Origin: Callorhinchus milii | Lineage: Eukaryota | Length of the DNA stretch: 64,000 bases | Reading direction: 5' to 3' | Assembly: GCF_018977255.1 (NCBI RefSeq) | Contig: NW_024704769.1 | Coordinates: 2,914,001-2,978,000, forward strand | Part shown: piece by piece, positions 1 through 12,085 of the stretch | How positions within the stretch are numbered: position 1 is the first letter of the stretch | How the letters are laid out: every line of letters begins with the position of its first letter | Translations under genes and position numbers: made by a program | The notes under the pieces: generated by a model | Databases searched by the model: none | Seen by the model: the letters and a program-made list of their open reading frames with translations, nothing else | What the model was told of the DNA's origin: nothing

Positions 1-258
1 AGCGCTTCACAGAACACACTGTAAAGTGAATTGACTGTATATTTGTGGGCGAACGCGGCAGCCAATTGCGCACAGCAATGTCCCACAAACAGTCGTGGAT
101 TGAAAATGACCAATTTATTATTGTTTTGTTTTGGAGGGATTATTATTAGGCTCTGTGTGGAGTAAGGAAACTTGCCCAAGGTTTCGCCCTCTGCCTGGAA
201 TTGAACTCAGGTCTCTCGCTTGCAAAGCGAGTGCTCTAACCACTGAGCTACAGGACAT
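1..258 (-). mobile_element. Young tRNA-derived SINE (same subfamily as 57227-57560), cut by the window edge
   Basis: Reverse complement nearly identical to the 57227 copy. Confidence 0.88.
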
Positions 259-608
259 AACGCCTTATCACCTCTTCGCGATGTCTCAACGTGCTTCACA
301 GAATCTATTGTTAAAGTGAAGTGATTGTGTATTTTGTGGACATAACACAGCAGCCAATTGCGCACAGCAGCGTCCCACAGACAGCCGTGGTTTCAGTAAG
401 AGATTATTACCCCCCCGCCCGGAAAGCGATCCGCCAATCGACTAACAACCGGGTTCCTACTTACTGCTGGGTAAACAGAGGCGGGCGTGTGTGGTGTGAG
501 GAAACTTGCCTAAGGTTTCGCTCTGCCCGCACGGGAATCGAATCTTGCGAGGTGAGCGCCCTAACCACTGTGCTGCGGGATTCACCCGGTAAAACTGGTT
601 ACACTCAC

Positions 609-650
609 CTGGTAAAATTCATTTAGCCAGACAGTCTGCAGCCCGTCCAC
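609..650 (-). CDS. INPP5A-like (type I inositol-1,4,5-trisphosphate 5-phosphatase paralogue), coding exon 2; gene continues beyond the left edge
   Basis: 42-nt exon with tttcag acceptor and CAG|gtgagt donor. Encodes VDGLQTVWLNEFYQ, aligning to PENLQKNWLREFYQ of vertebrate INPP5A (recalled). Confidence 0.85.
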
Positions 651-1002
651 CTGAAAAGAAATAGACACAAAGGGTGGGGAAGGGAAGTTAATTTCCCAAA
701 ACACAACCTCACTAAACACGTTTCCATACTCCAAGCACACGTCACGAGACGCATTGCACCCATCCACCTACTTCCCTCCCATCCCTTAGTGCAGATCAGT
801 CTACCCCTAATCCTGGAAACCTGTGCAGAATCAATGTAATAATAAAATAAGCTCTTGCATTTGATGTGGCGCCTTTCACAATGGTAAGGACATCTCAAAG
901 CGCTTCAAAGGATCCACTGTAAAGTGTAGCGACTTTGTTTTTCACCTTCGCACACCCTCCTACCCCTCCCGATCCACTCCTCCTGACCCCAAACCCCAAC
1001 CC

Positions 1003-1218
1003 TAATAACAATCCCTCCAAAACCCAAAACAATAATAAATTGGTCATTTTCAATCCAGGACTGTTTGTGGGACATTGCTGTGCGCCATTGGCCGCCGCGT
1101 TCGCCCACAAATATACAGTCAATTCACTTTACAGTGTGTTCTGTGAAGCGCTTTGGGACGTCCTCCCGACGTGAAAAGCGCTATATCAAATGCAAGGATT
1201 ATTATTATTATTATTATT
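1003..1218 (+). mobile_element. 5'-truncated young SINE nested in an L2 3' fragment
   Basis: 3' half plus (TTA)n tail; the L2-tail sequence resumes at 1219. Confidence 0.85.
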
Positions 1219-3232
1219 AACCCCAGCTCGGGTCCAAATCTCTGACTGTCCAGCGCCTTGGGACGTCCTCCCGACGTGAAAAGCTCTGCGTAAATGTCAT
1301 TTGCTGGTGTGGTTACGGTTACGTTTCTGGAAGGGAAACAGAAAAATATTGCTTAAGTGGCCTGCAAACCTTTCTCAAATGGGGTATCTGTGTGCTTCTC
1401 AGCACCCAAAAGGTTGGAGCACCCTGGCTTAGACTGTTTGAGTTCAACAGTCCTGTCAGACACCGGGTTTTACAGCTGACTAGAGACAGCAGGCAACTGC
1501 ACAAGGAAATGTAGCCTGTAGGTAAATTCAAACACTCATGCAAATCCTGACATTTATACATGGCATTAATTCTATCTTCAGCTGTTGATCTCTCGCTGGC
1601 TGTCTCTAACCTCTCTGTCAAAGTCCTCTGCTTAGCGGGTTGCGTGTTCAAGGGCTTTGAGCTCACACTATGCTGAGACACCAATGCAATGCCGGATCGA
1701 TCAGACATTAAACTTTGGAATCAGTTCTACTTCAAGGAGATCTCGCTTACATCCACCCTCCCAGTGATGGATAGGTCGATAATCCTGTTAGATACAGCGC
1801 CTTGGGACATCCTTCTGACGTGAAAGGTGCTGCCTAAATGTAATTTGTTGCCGCTGTTGCTGCTGCTGCTGTATAAAATGCAAGGATTACTATTGTAACA
1901 CAGGGCTACGCGTCAAGCTGGATGCAAGGTTTGAGATTACCCAACAGAGCACCACACAAACAGCGTCAAAGAAACTCGCAGAGGTTGATCAGAGCCTCCG
2001 AGAGGCCACTCACTGGCTGTTTAGCTCACAGACTCACAATATGAAGCAGATCAACTGATCCCTCCACCCGCCCCCCCACACACACACACCAGCCAAACTC
2101 GACAGTCGTCCGAAAACGTGCCCATGAACCCGGTTAACCCGACAGATCATTTGAATCGAATGCAAATCAGGATTCAAGTCAGAACGGAGCCTCGTGCGGA
2201 ACTGATGCAAATAAAAGGTTGACTTGCGAAAATGCGAGGAATTGTCCACAACACACGCACTCAACACACACATATCAATAATAATAATAATAATCCTTGC
2301 ATTTGATACAGCACTTTATCACGTCTTCGAGGCACCGAATATACCGTCAAGTGGACTGACTATATTTTGTGGGCGAAACACGGCGCACAGCAGGGTCCCA
2401 CAGACCGTGCATTGAGTCACCGAATTATTATTACTTTAAAGTTTTTGTTAGCACCTACAGAAGTACGTCCATTCATTCGGTCGCTCAGCCATAAAACTTC
2501 TGGCTTCTACCTTCAGATAGTGATGTCCTCACCTCCCACGCAAACAAACACCAAATCTTGAAGCGCCATCTAACAAGCCATGACCCGTGGCTAAGAGTTT
2601 CCATGTATTTGGGTTGCTTTCCTTTCCCTTTTGCTTACCACCGCCGCCCTCCCCCCCCAAAAAAAAACCTCAATATCTAGTCCCAAGTCTTGCACCCGTT
2701 ATCCCATCCTTAAAAATAGTCACTAGCCTTTAACTTTCAAACCACTCTGTGCTCAAAAGAGGCATTATCTCAAGAGAGTGGGAGAGAGAGCCCCCACCCC
2801 TCCACTCCCTTCCTTGCAATGTACTAAACTGACCTAAAAAACTAAAATATTTGACAGCTTCTCTACGCCTGGGGAATAATTCGAACAAAGCTTTGCAATT
2901 TGGCTAATGGATCTAAGGCTCTTGCTATCTTGCATAACAACCCAACCATCCCTCCCCCCACCACCCCTCCCTCCCTCCCTCCCCACCACCAAAAAAAACC
3001 GTTGAGGTTACAAAAAGTTTTTGCAATGTTACTGTATATTTCCCCCCCTCCAAAAAAAATTAGATAGAAAGCTTTTCTTCCCCCCTCCACACACACACAC
3101 ACAATGAGCTTTGCAAACTCCCTGCATACAGGAAAGGCTGGGATGGTGTGTGTGTGTGTGGAGGGTGGGGGGGGGAGGAATTCACATTTTAGACACACCA
3201 TAATTCACGATATCTAATGATTTGTTACTCAC

Positions 3233-3280
3233 GTTGTCGAAGAGAGAGCCAACGTTGCTGGTTACGAGCAACAGATCCAT
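3233..3280 (-). CDS. INPP5A-like, first coding exon (MDLLLVTSNVGSLFDN)
   Basis: ATG at 3280 with an in-frame upstream TGA; donor AAC|gtgagt. Peptide matches the INPP5A N-terminal motif VLLVTANVGSLFDD and joins in phase 0 to 609-650. Confidence 0.85.
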
Positions 3281-4029
3281 TGGAAGAGAAGAGCAGACTC
3301 AGGCAGACAGAGCAGCGACGTTGAGCAATGTTTGTGGGTCTCACAATGCAACCTCTTCACATCTACTGACTCATTCCATCAGCTGGGGTGGGGGGGGGAA
3401 AGAGAAAGAAAATTTGTCTCTTATGTGCTGCCCTGAACCTTTGGGAGTCTGGTCTTGGGTCAGCAACAGGAGCTATTGACCGCTTTCCTCACCCTAACCC
3501 TTGTAAAGTCCCACCTCTGCCTATCTCAAGACTCTTGTTAAACAACTTTGCCACTTCCTGCATTTGACAATGTGGTTACTACAGTCCATTACGTGAGAGA
3601 CTCAGGAAGTGGCTGAGCCAATACCAGACTTGCACCAACCTCCATCGCCTTTTCAAAGCTACATTTCAAGGGAAGAGGGCACAATTCGTTAGCTTGTTCG
3701 GACGCTTCGCTTGTGGCGCGTGGGGCGGGGGAGAAGCCATGTCTGCAGACGTCGGGCTCCTCGAGATTCACGTAACGTTTCACACAATCCACGGCCGTTT
3801 GCGGGGACGCTGCTGGGCCGCATTTGGCTGCCGCGTTTCGCCCGCAAAAAAAGCGCCGTCAATTCACTTTCCAGTGTGTCCTGTGAAGCGCTTTGAGGCG
3901 TTTCAGACGTGATAAGGCGCTGTATCAAATGCAAGGATCATCATTATTATTAGTATTATTATTATTATAGGCCTAATGTTGAAAAGAAGGGTTCTCATCT
4001 CTCAAAAAACACTCGTGGGACACACTTAC

Positions 4030-4152
4030 CTGGAAAGGACATTGATGCAGTTTCTTGCCATGAGGGCGAGGTCCCACAGATATCCCGGCCAGCAATTCAG
4101 GATTAAATGGTCGCTTGCATCAGGACTATTCCTCGGAACTTGCTACATTTGC
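4030..4152 (-). other. Candidate 5'UTR exon of the INPP5A-like gene
   Basis: ttgtag acceptor and strong CAG|gtaagt donor; stops in all frames; lies upstream of the ATG exon, whose acceptor is at 3382. Confidence 0.5.
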
Positions 4153-5499
4153 CTACAAATACAATCAATTACTGCCCCGGAGACTGATTTACCTAAGGCA
4201 CTTCTGGTGGGGTGACACGAAAAATGTGAGGTTAGGAAAACCAAATGCTTTTGTGTTTCTTTTTTGGTTAGACGGATGTCTGACTCGCGCGGAAGCCCGT
4301 CACCGTTCAAGTTTTTCACGCGGCGAGGAATTCTCTGACACCGTGACCAAACGCAACCGCAGGCTAGGCCGAAAGGGAAGGAGATCTTTTGAAAAAGAAA
4401 ACCATCGCCCGCAACATACAGTCACTACACTCTGGTCTGTGAAGCAGATTGTGACGTCTTGAAGAAGTGATAAGGCGCTGTATCAAATGCAAGGATTATT
4501 ATTAACGTTAAAAGGCTACGGAGAACTAAGACGAATCTTTCGTGCAGGGTGGTGTCTCAAAGTACTTGAACGGTGATGGGGTTGGACATCAAGCAAGGCA
4601 GGAGAAGCGGGAACTCAACAACAAACGAATGGAATACAATACAATTTACATTTACACGTCGCCTTTCGTGTCGGGGCACCGCACAGCAGTTGACAATGCT
4701 GGCTGGTCACCCGAGGCCGGGCGGGGGAGCCGTAGGGAGTAAAGGAGGATCGATTGCCGTCCGGGCAAGCTTTCCTGCTGCTTGTGCAGCTAGGACCACC
4801 TTTACCCATTAGGGCTTTGGCTTGTAGGGTTAACAGGAGTTGGGGGATTGACGTCCTGCCCCGAGTGACTGGTAGGCCCTTCCAGGTCCTGTCGATAAGC
4901 TATACCGGGCTGCGCTGTCATCAGCGGTGAGTGCTCTGGAATACTGCGGACCCACCTGGCTCAGGAACCAGACTAGAAACCGTCACGGAGGGCGGCTCAA
5001 ATCCAACACTCCCTTGCCAGGTAGATCACCTCGGACCAGTTCAGCTACTCAGGAGACTCAGCTCAGCTTCTTGAAAACGTGGTCAAAGAGGTAAGTTTTG
5101 AGATGAGCCTTGATCAAGGGGAAGGAGGGTTGGGAATCCGACAGACACCAGGGATGGAGTTCCAGAGAGCATAGCGTGGGCTGAGAGGGCCCGAGGAAAT
5201 GAAGCAGTCTTGTGTTTGATCGACCCAAGCACAAAATCTCTACGGATGCAACAGAAAGACTCCACACAGCTCTCTCTCTCGCGCGAGTGAGTGAGTGCCT
5301 CATTCTCACCTTTATTAGCCGCTTACATGAATGTGTAACAGAAGTTCCCAAATGAAGCATGTGAAGATGTTTTAAAACTCCCAAAAGGTACATTTTTTTA
5401 CCCCCACATGTATTATATATTAAAAAAAATACACACACACTCACATACATACACACACAGAGAGAGAGAGAGGTATCCAGGTGCTTCGCGATTGGGTTC

Positions 5500-6130
5500 A
5501 AAATACTTCGGCCAACGGAAACCGACAAGCTACGAAACGTCAGGGTCAGCAAGCAACTCTCCCGAACACTTGAAGCTTAGTTCTTTATTTCCCCCCCCCC
5601 GCCAAAAAGTTGCAAATCCTTTTCCGAAGCACTCGATATTCTCAGGAGTCAGCAAAGGGGAACAACGAGCTCCTGTTTCCTTCTCTTTGCTCAGCGGCGT
5701 AGAGATTGTGTGCCCGTTATGTTGACATTTCAAGAGGGGCAGCAGGCCAGCCAGCTTCCGGTCCAAAACGCTTTCCCAATAATTGGCCGGGGGCCCACCT
5801 CGAGATGTTTCCTGTCGTGGTTTCTTAATCAAGCAACTGACAATTCGGGTCGTTCGTTTAAAGAGAGAGGATCTTAAGGCTATTTATTCTGCGCCCATTT
5901 CCTGACCGGATTTCCTCGATTGTGAAATGAAATCGCGGAGTCGGGCGAAGCTCTCTCGGATGCCAATCGGGACCGGGGGACGCCTGACAAACTCTTCCCC
6001 GCCTCTCCCCAGGACGCTACGTCAAACTAGCATCCCGCTTCCCCCGACAAGTGGGGCGGAAAAATTTCTATCAGCACCCTGCATCGCGCAGAGCGACGTA
6101 CAATCACAATCGCTGGACAAGTTGACTTGA
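5500..6130. promoter_or_regulatory. CpG-rich candidate promoter of the INPP5A-like gene
   Basis: Repeat-free, CpG-enriched stretch with CCAAT and GGGGCGG boxes, between the GPAT4 3' region and the INPP5A-like exons; possible donor AAG|gtgaga at ~5309. Confidence 0.4.
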
Positions 6131-7895
6131 CAGGCTGAGCACTATTCTCTTGTGCCACAGCTGTGAGTGACTGGCGCGCTCGGGAGGCCAGAGCTCTCAT
6201 TCTCTTCCCCACCCCCCACCACCACCCCCAACCTTGCGCGCATGGCCAGGATACCCACAAAAATCAGAGACCTTTCCATTGGAAGAATGAAGAGCCAGTT
6301 AACCTCAGTAGCACAGCATTTTTATACCCGCCACGAAAGCTCGCTTGCTTCTCTTCTTCCGAGCCACCAACTGGTGTGGAAACTCTGGAAACTGGACTGA
6401 TAATTCAGCCACAGAATACGTAACCAATCTTCCCACACACACACCGAGCCTAGAGACGAGGGCTGGTTTCCTCAGCTCAGTCCCCCATTACAAAGCTCAG
6501 TGGGTCAGCATGGCCAAGGTACCATCAGTCAAGCGACAGTGGCTTGGGGGAGCCTTCATCAACAGCGTGGATTAACCCTTGCCACACTCGACAGGGTCCT
6601 ATTCCAGGGGTGGAGGAGAGACGGGATGGCATGTCAAACACTAAGCTGCCCCTTTCCTTCGCCATCGCTTGCCAAGCAAAGCAACAAGAGGTTGCTTTGC
6701 CAACTAAGGTGTTAGGCGATGGGAAGCAGACCGGCTATGTTGAACGTCACAAACAAGAGGCTATGAGTCTCAAACTCTGCTGCCAACTCTCTTGTCTCTC
6801 TCTCTCTCTCAAAAGCATCTTAATTCCTTCTCCTGCTCTGGCCAATATCAGTCGCCTCAAGGTGTTAGTGTTAAGATTCCCTCCCCACTGTTCTCTCTCT
6901 CTCTCTCTCTCTCTCTTCTCTTCTCTCCCCCCCAATTCCGGGAAAGGGAAAGTTTGTGGCTGCAATTCCGAGTATTTCGAACCCCCCAGCCCCCCCCTCT
7001 CTTTTTTTCATCGCCTCACGAGCTCGATAGACTATCTGAGGCCGACCGAAGCTTAAGGCAAAAAAAAAAAAAGGGGTTGACGGACAGTTCTGTTTGGCAT
7101 CCTCTCCCATCGCAGAAAAAACACTCGTTTTTGTCATTTTTTAAAAAAAAATGACACGTAAAGTGGGAAAAAAAAATTACACAAAAATAACATGCAAGTT
7201 ACTTTCTCCTCTTCCCTCTCCTCCCCACCCAACACATCCGCAGACTGGTCTAGAAATAAAGAAAAACATACTAGACACATATTAACATCATGCATCGCGA
7301 GTCTCGTCAGGGCTGACAATGCTGCTTTCAATGAAGTGCTGATGAAAGATTCTGCCGTATTTTTCTCTTTAAACTCGTCTGTTCTACTTGGTTTCCTCCT
7401 GACCAAAGAAAACGCCCGGCCGACGCCACACCCCTTGCGCCTGCCTGTTCCGCTGCCTACTACCCCCCTTCACCCACCGCCATCTGAGCCAAAGCTTCCA
7501 AACTCCAGGTGTTCCGATGTTTCGACGAAGAACAGACAGCTTTGTCATCCGTATGATAACACCACGTGATGTCCATTTCACACCCCACACCCCCCACCGC
7601 CAAACAACCAGCTCCGCTCTGCCCTTTTGTAAAGAGAGAGGGTTTGATTGTACGCTCACGGGGGTGGGTGGGGGGGGGGACGCCCCAGGGTAACGTGTCT
7701 CTCAACCCCTCTAGACGCCGTCCTCAAATGACAGAGAGAGGGGGGGTTGGGGGGGGAGGAGCAGAGTAGCTTGTGTCTTGCATCAGTTTTGTTATGGGTC
7801 CGTACACAACCCCAGCAATGCCATGTCTCTTGCCGTGTGCCCACCCCCCCCACCCCACCCCCACACCCCAGGCCGGCAATCCGACAGGATGGCTC

Positions 7896-8004
7896 TCAGG
7901 ATCGGCTTCTGTCTTTGTGGTCCCCGACGATCATCTTACTGTAGAGTTTCTGCTGCTCCTCCTTAAAGGTGTCCTTTACCTTTTCTCTCTTCAGCCCGCC
8001 GTCC
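7896..8004 (-). CDS. GPAT4: Glycerol-3-phosphate acyltransferase 4, exon 12 (last, with stop)
   Basis: tttcag acceptor; DGGLKREKVKDTFKEEQQKLYSKMIVGDHKDRSRS*, near-identical to the GPAT4 C-terminus. Confidence 0.96.
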
Positions 8005-8271
8005 CTGAAAGACACATGCACACACGCATTGGGTTAGACTCGACTCGTTGGCTCATTTGACGATATTCACTGCGAAGCGCTTTGAGACGTCCCAAAGACA
8101 TGATAAGGCGCTGTATCAAACGCAAGTATTATTATTATTATTATATTCGGTTCAGAGGCTCATGGGTTCGTGCCGCAGGTCGGAAGCCAATTTATGCCAC
8201 AGCTGCTATCTCTCCTTCCCCCATCCTCTGCCCACCCCCAGAGATAAGCAGAATGAGAGGCTTTCACTCAC

Positions 8272-8351
8272 CACAGCAGATCTACGAGGCCACCTTGCCG
8301 GGCGATCGCAGCTTTCACCCGATTCGCAAACTGCACAGCATCTTCGCCTTC
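8272..8351 (-). CDS. GPAT4: GPAT4 exon 11
   Basis: 80 nt, AG/GT; EGEDAVQFANRVKAAIARQGGLVDLLW. Confidence 0.96.
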
Positions 8352-8377
8352 CTGTGCAACACAGAAGAGGCGTCAGG

Positions 8378-8690
8378 GTCAGTGTGTGTGTCTGTGTGTG
8401 TCAGCCCGGCTCAGTGCGTGCGTGCGCACGTCACCCTCACTCAGTGTGTGTCTGCGTGTCAGCCTGGCTCAGTGTGTGTGTATGTCAGCCCGGCTCAGTG
8501 TGTGTGCGCGCGCGCGCGCGCGTCAGCCCGGCTCAGTTTGTGCGTGTCAGCCCGGCTTGGTTTGTGCGTGTCAGCCCGGCTCGGTTTGTGCGCGTCAGCC
8601 CGGCTCTGTGCGCGTCAGCCCGGCTCAGCGCGCGTCAGCCCGGCTCAGCGCGCGTCAGCCCGGCTCAGTGCGCGTAGGCCGGCTCAGTGC
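8378..8690. repeat. GC-rich minisatellite (GTCAGCCCGGCTCAG core + TG/CG spacers) in GPAT4 intron 10
   Basis: About a dozen tandem units visible. Confidence 0.9.
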
Positions 8691-9570
8691 ATGACAAATA
8701 AAGGATTATTATTATATATGCAGATTATATTACTACTGTTTAGCAATCTCAGCTGTTCGAATCTCATTTACGTGACTTGATTCCAGCGTCAGTTTTAATT
8801 TTAATACCAGGAAGAGAAGATACCGCAACGTATAAACACAGCTGAATGCAAAGACTGAATGCAAAACACACAAGAGACAGCCAAACTCAGGTGGATGGAT
8901 TTGCATTCCCTCATTGTCGCTAACTTAAGTAGTGCATTGAGATATTGGAGATAATAATAATCCTTGTGTTTGATACAGCGTCTTATCACGTCTTCGAGAC
9001 GTCTGAAAGCGCTTCACAGAATAGACTGTAAAGTGAATTGACCGTATTTTGTGGGCAAAACGCGGCAGCCAATTGCTGACAGCAGTGTCCCACAAACAGT
9101 CGTGGCTTGAGCAACCAAATTATTATTATTATTATGCAGGTTCCATGAGGTTCTTCCTTTCGCAACGTTCCAATGCCAGGAGAACGTTGCCACATCCCAG
9201 CCCATCCCCGACACCAACAACAACTTGTATTTACGCAGCAGAGCGCTTGACAGTGGCAGAGCCTGACACCGCGCCGAGAGAGATGGGAGGTGACTGGTCG
9301 AAGAGGAAGATGGGGAAGGATGGGGCAAGGCGGAGGGATAGAGGGAGAGTTTTCCAGAGTTTTGGGGCGTAATGGCTGAAAGCGCAGCCATGGAACGGAC
9401 GGCACGAGGGGCAAGTGGGGCCTGAGCCAGTCGAGTGGAGGCAGCGGGTAGGGGAGTATGCAAGCAGGTCGGAGCGGTAAGAGGTAGGTAGGTGCCAGCC
9501 AGAGCGTGAAGGGATTTGAAGATGGAGCGTGAGGATCTGGGAATGGAGGTAACAGAAGGCAGCGGCTTAC

Positions 9571-9699
9571 CTCACGAGTCATGGGAGGCAGGTACCAGAC
9601 ACTACAGACGATCGCCCAGCTGGTCATCATTCTCAGTAGGTAGTTCACCATCCCGTACTTGCTGCTGTTCCAGAAAGCCTCTCCAAAACGAGGGTCGTA
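9571..9699 (-). CDS. GPAT4: GPAT4 exon 10
   Basis: 129 nt, AG/GT; YDPRFGEAFWNSSKYGMVNYLLRMMTSWAIVCSVWYLPPMTRE. Confidence 0.96.
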
Positions 9700-10244
9700 C
9701 TGATGAGAAAAGCAGCAGAGAGTCAGGGAGGCAATAATGACAATCCTTGCATTTGATATGATGCCTTATCACGTCTTCGAGACATCTCAATGCTCTTCAC
9801 ACAACATACTATAGAGTGAATTGACTGTATATTTTGAGGGCGAAACGTGGCAGCCAATGGCACACAGCAGCGTCCCCACAAATAGTCCAAATTATTATTA
9901 TCTTGAAGGGATTATTACCCCAGGAAAAGCGGTCCCCCAATCAACTAACAACCAGGTTCCTCATTACTGCTAGGTAAACAGCCATGTGGAGTAAAGGAAC
10001 TTCCAGCGCCTTGGGACGTCCTCCCGACATGAAAGGCGCTCTATCAATGGAATCTTGTTGTTGTTGTCCAACATTTCGCCCTGCCCCGGGAATCAAACTC
10101 AGGTCCTCTGGCTTTCCAGGTGGGTGCACTAACCCCTGAGCTACAGGACTCCACTAACAGGAGAACAGGCCAGAACAGTCACTAGACTGTCAAGATGTTG
10201 GCGTGTCTGAGTCCAGTCATCACGGAAATTCAATGACTTATTAC

Positions 10245-10330
10245 CTTGATGGCAACTGGGTAAACGGTGGCTCCAATTTCAAAGCTGCCTTTCTTGAACA
10301 TCATAACCGAGGTGTTGTTGATGCAGGTTC
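10245..10330 (-). CDS. GPAT4: GPAT4 exon 9
   Basis: 86 nt, AG/GT; (G)TCINNTSVMMFKKGSFEIGATVYPVAIK. Confidence 0.96.
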
Positions 10331-10529
10331 CTGCAGACACGGGGAGAGATATAAGTCTATTTACATTGGATTCTATCCAAGCAGGAATTAAAAACGCGTG
10401 TTCCAGGCTGATTCAGTGTTCAGCCTTCTGACACATGACTGGCAAAGTAAGTGTACAACAGAGAGCAAACAGGAGTCATATGTACACTTTATCCACAGCT
10501 GCTAACTGCCTGACAACTTTAGGATAGGA

Positions 10530-11140
10530 TAGGGTTTGTATTTACAGGGCGTCTTTCATGTCGGGAGGACTTCCCAAGGCACTGGACAGTCAGGGATTTG
10601 GACCCGAGCTGGGGGTTGGGATCAGGACGGTGGAGGGCGGGGAGGGTGGAGATAGAAGGGTGGCCCAAGGTATGGTCGAAGAGGAGGATCTTGAAACGTG
10701 CCTTGAAACACTGATTATCCAGCACCTTGGGACATCCTCCCGATGTGAAAGGTGCTATACAAATGTAATTTTGTTGGTGGTGTTGGAGGAGGCAAGGGAG
10801 CCTGCTGAGCCGAGGGAGTGGACAGGTTGACATGGAGTCAGCAGGTCAGCGAGGTAGGAAGGAGCAAAGCCATGGAGGGCTTTGAAAGCGAGGATGAGGT
10901 TTAACACGATCTTCTGGGGGATGGGAAGCCAGTGGAGCAGGGAGAGGGTGGGGGTGATAAGAGTCACAGCGCCTGATGCGAGAGAGGACACGGGCTGCAG
11001 AGTTCTGGATGATCTGCAGCTTGTGGAGGGAAGAGTTGGGGAGGCCGAGAAGCAGGGAGTTAGCATAATCGAGGTCTGGATATGATGACTGCATGGATGA
11101 GGGTCTTGTCGGCATGAGAGGAGAGGCAATGGTGGATTGG
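10530..11140 (-). mobile_element. L2 LINE 3' fragment (degenerate ORF2 C-terminus + tail)
   Basis: Frameshifted DYANSLLLGLP...LQIIQNSAARVL...ITPTLSLLHWLPI...FKALHGFAPSYL, typical of the L2 ORF2 end. Confidence 0.85.
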
Positions 11141-11222
11141 CTTTGTTAAGGAGAGGGTGAGGGTAAAGGCAACCACAGGGATTGGAGCCATCCCCAACGC
11201 CCTCCCCTTATCAGTCACTTAC

Positions 11223-11278
11223 CTTCCGGGAAAATCAGGATGGGAAGCATAGCCTGGTCCCTTATGTGATCGGTCAAC
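11223..11278 (-). CDS. GPAT4: GPAT4 exon 8
   Basis: 56 nt, AG/GT; LTDHIRDQAMLPILIFPEG (acyltransferase motif III FPEGT). Confidence 0.95.
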
Positions 11279-11969
11279 CTAACGTGGAGGAAAAGCAGAA
11301 AGTGCCATGGAGCAGTCAGGAAGATAAGGAGCATGCGGAGGCCATTCAGCCCATCGAGCCCGTTCCTCCAGTTTACCAGATCAAAGCAAATCTTTCAAGA
11401 ACTACTGCCCACTTCCCCCATTCTTCTCAATATAGCCAGAACATATTGATAGAGTGCGCTTTATGCAGGATAATTTCTCTAAGTGTGCTTAAACACACGT
11501 AGACCACCCCCACACCCTAAGCAGGTAATCCTTCTATCTCTCAAGCATCTAAATAATTTCTGCCTGTGCAGCAATCCTCTGATGGAAAGAATACTTTTAA
11601 TTTTTTTAAAAAAAAAGGTTCAGCTGCAATTGTAATATTTTAACACCATTTCCAATTTGACACCCGGCTTAACACGGACCAAAATACAATTCTCTGCAAG
11701 AAAAAATGCTGCCCCTTATAACGATAAACAATAAATAATAATAATAATCCTTGCATTTTGACACAGCGCCTTATCACGTCTTCAAGACGTCGCAAAGCGC
11801 TTTGCAGAATGTGCTGGAAAGTGAACTGACTGTATATTTTGCGGGCGAAACGCGGCAGCCAACTGCGCGCGGCAGCGTCCCCAGAAACAGTGGTGGATTG
11901 AGCGACCAATTTATTATTATTTGAAGCAGGGAAGCGAAACTCAGGCCCTTTAGCTGGCTCAAATCTTAC

Positions 11970-12085
11970 CTCATTGCCACCAGATTGCGATCTCGAACCT
12001 CAGATCTCTCAAACCAAACATGGGGGCAGGCCTTTACCATGGCTTTCTGAATGACTCCCATTAACCCTCCGTGAATCTGTCCCAC
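11970..12085 (-). CDS. GPAT4: GPAT4 exon 7
   Basis: 116 nt, AG/GT; VGQIHGGLMGVIQKAMVKACPHVWFERSEVRDRNLVAMR. Confidence 0.96.

Noticed and set aside
1319-1708. 129-aa repeat-free ORF inside the INPP5A-like intron
   Set aside because: No recognisable homology, and its possible donor phase is incompatible with the next phase-0 exon.
8048-8780. Long ORFs of 209-232 aa, and the repeat-spacer look of the GTCAGCCCGGCTCAG array
   Set aside because: Translations of an intronic minisatellite. The spacers are TG/CG microsatellite rather than unique sequence, and there are no cas genes, so it is not CRISPR.
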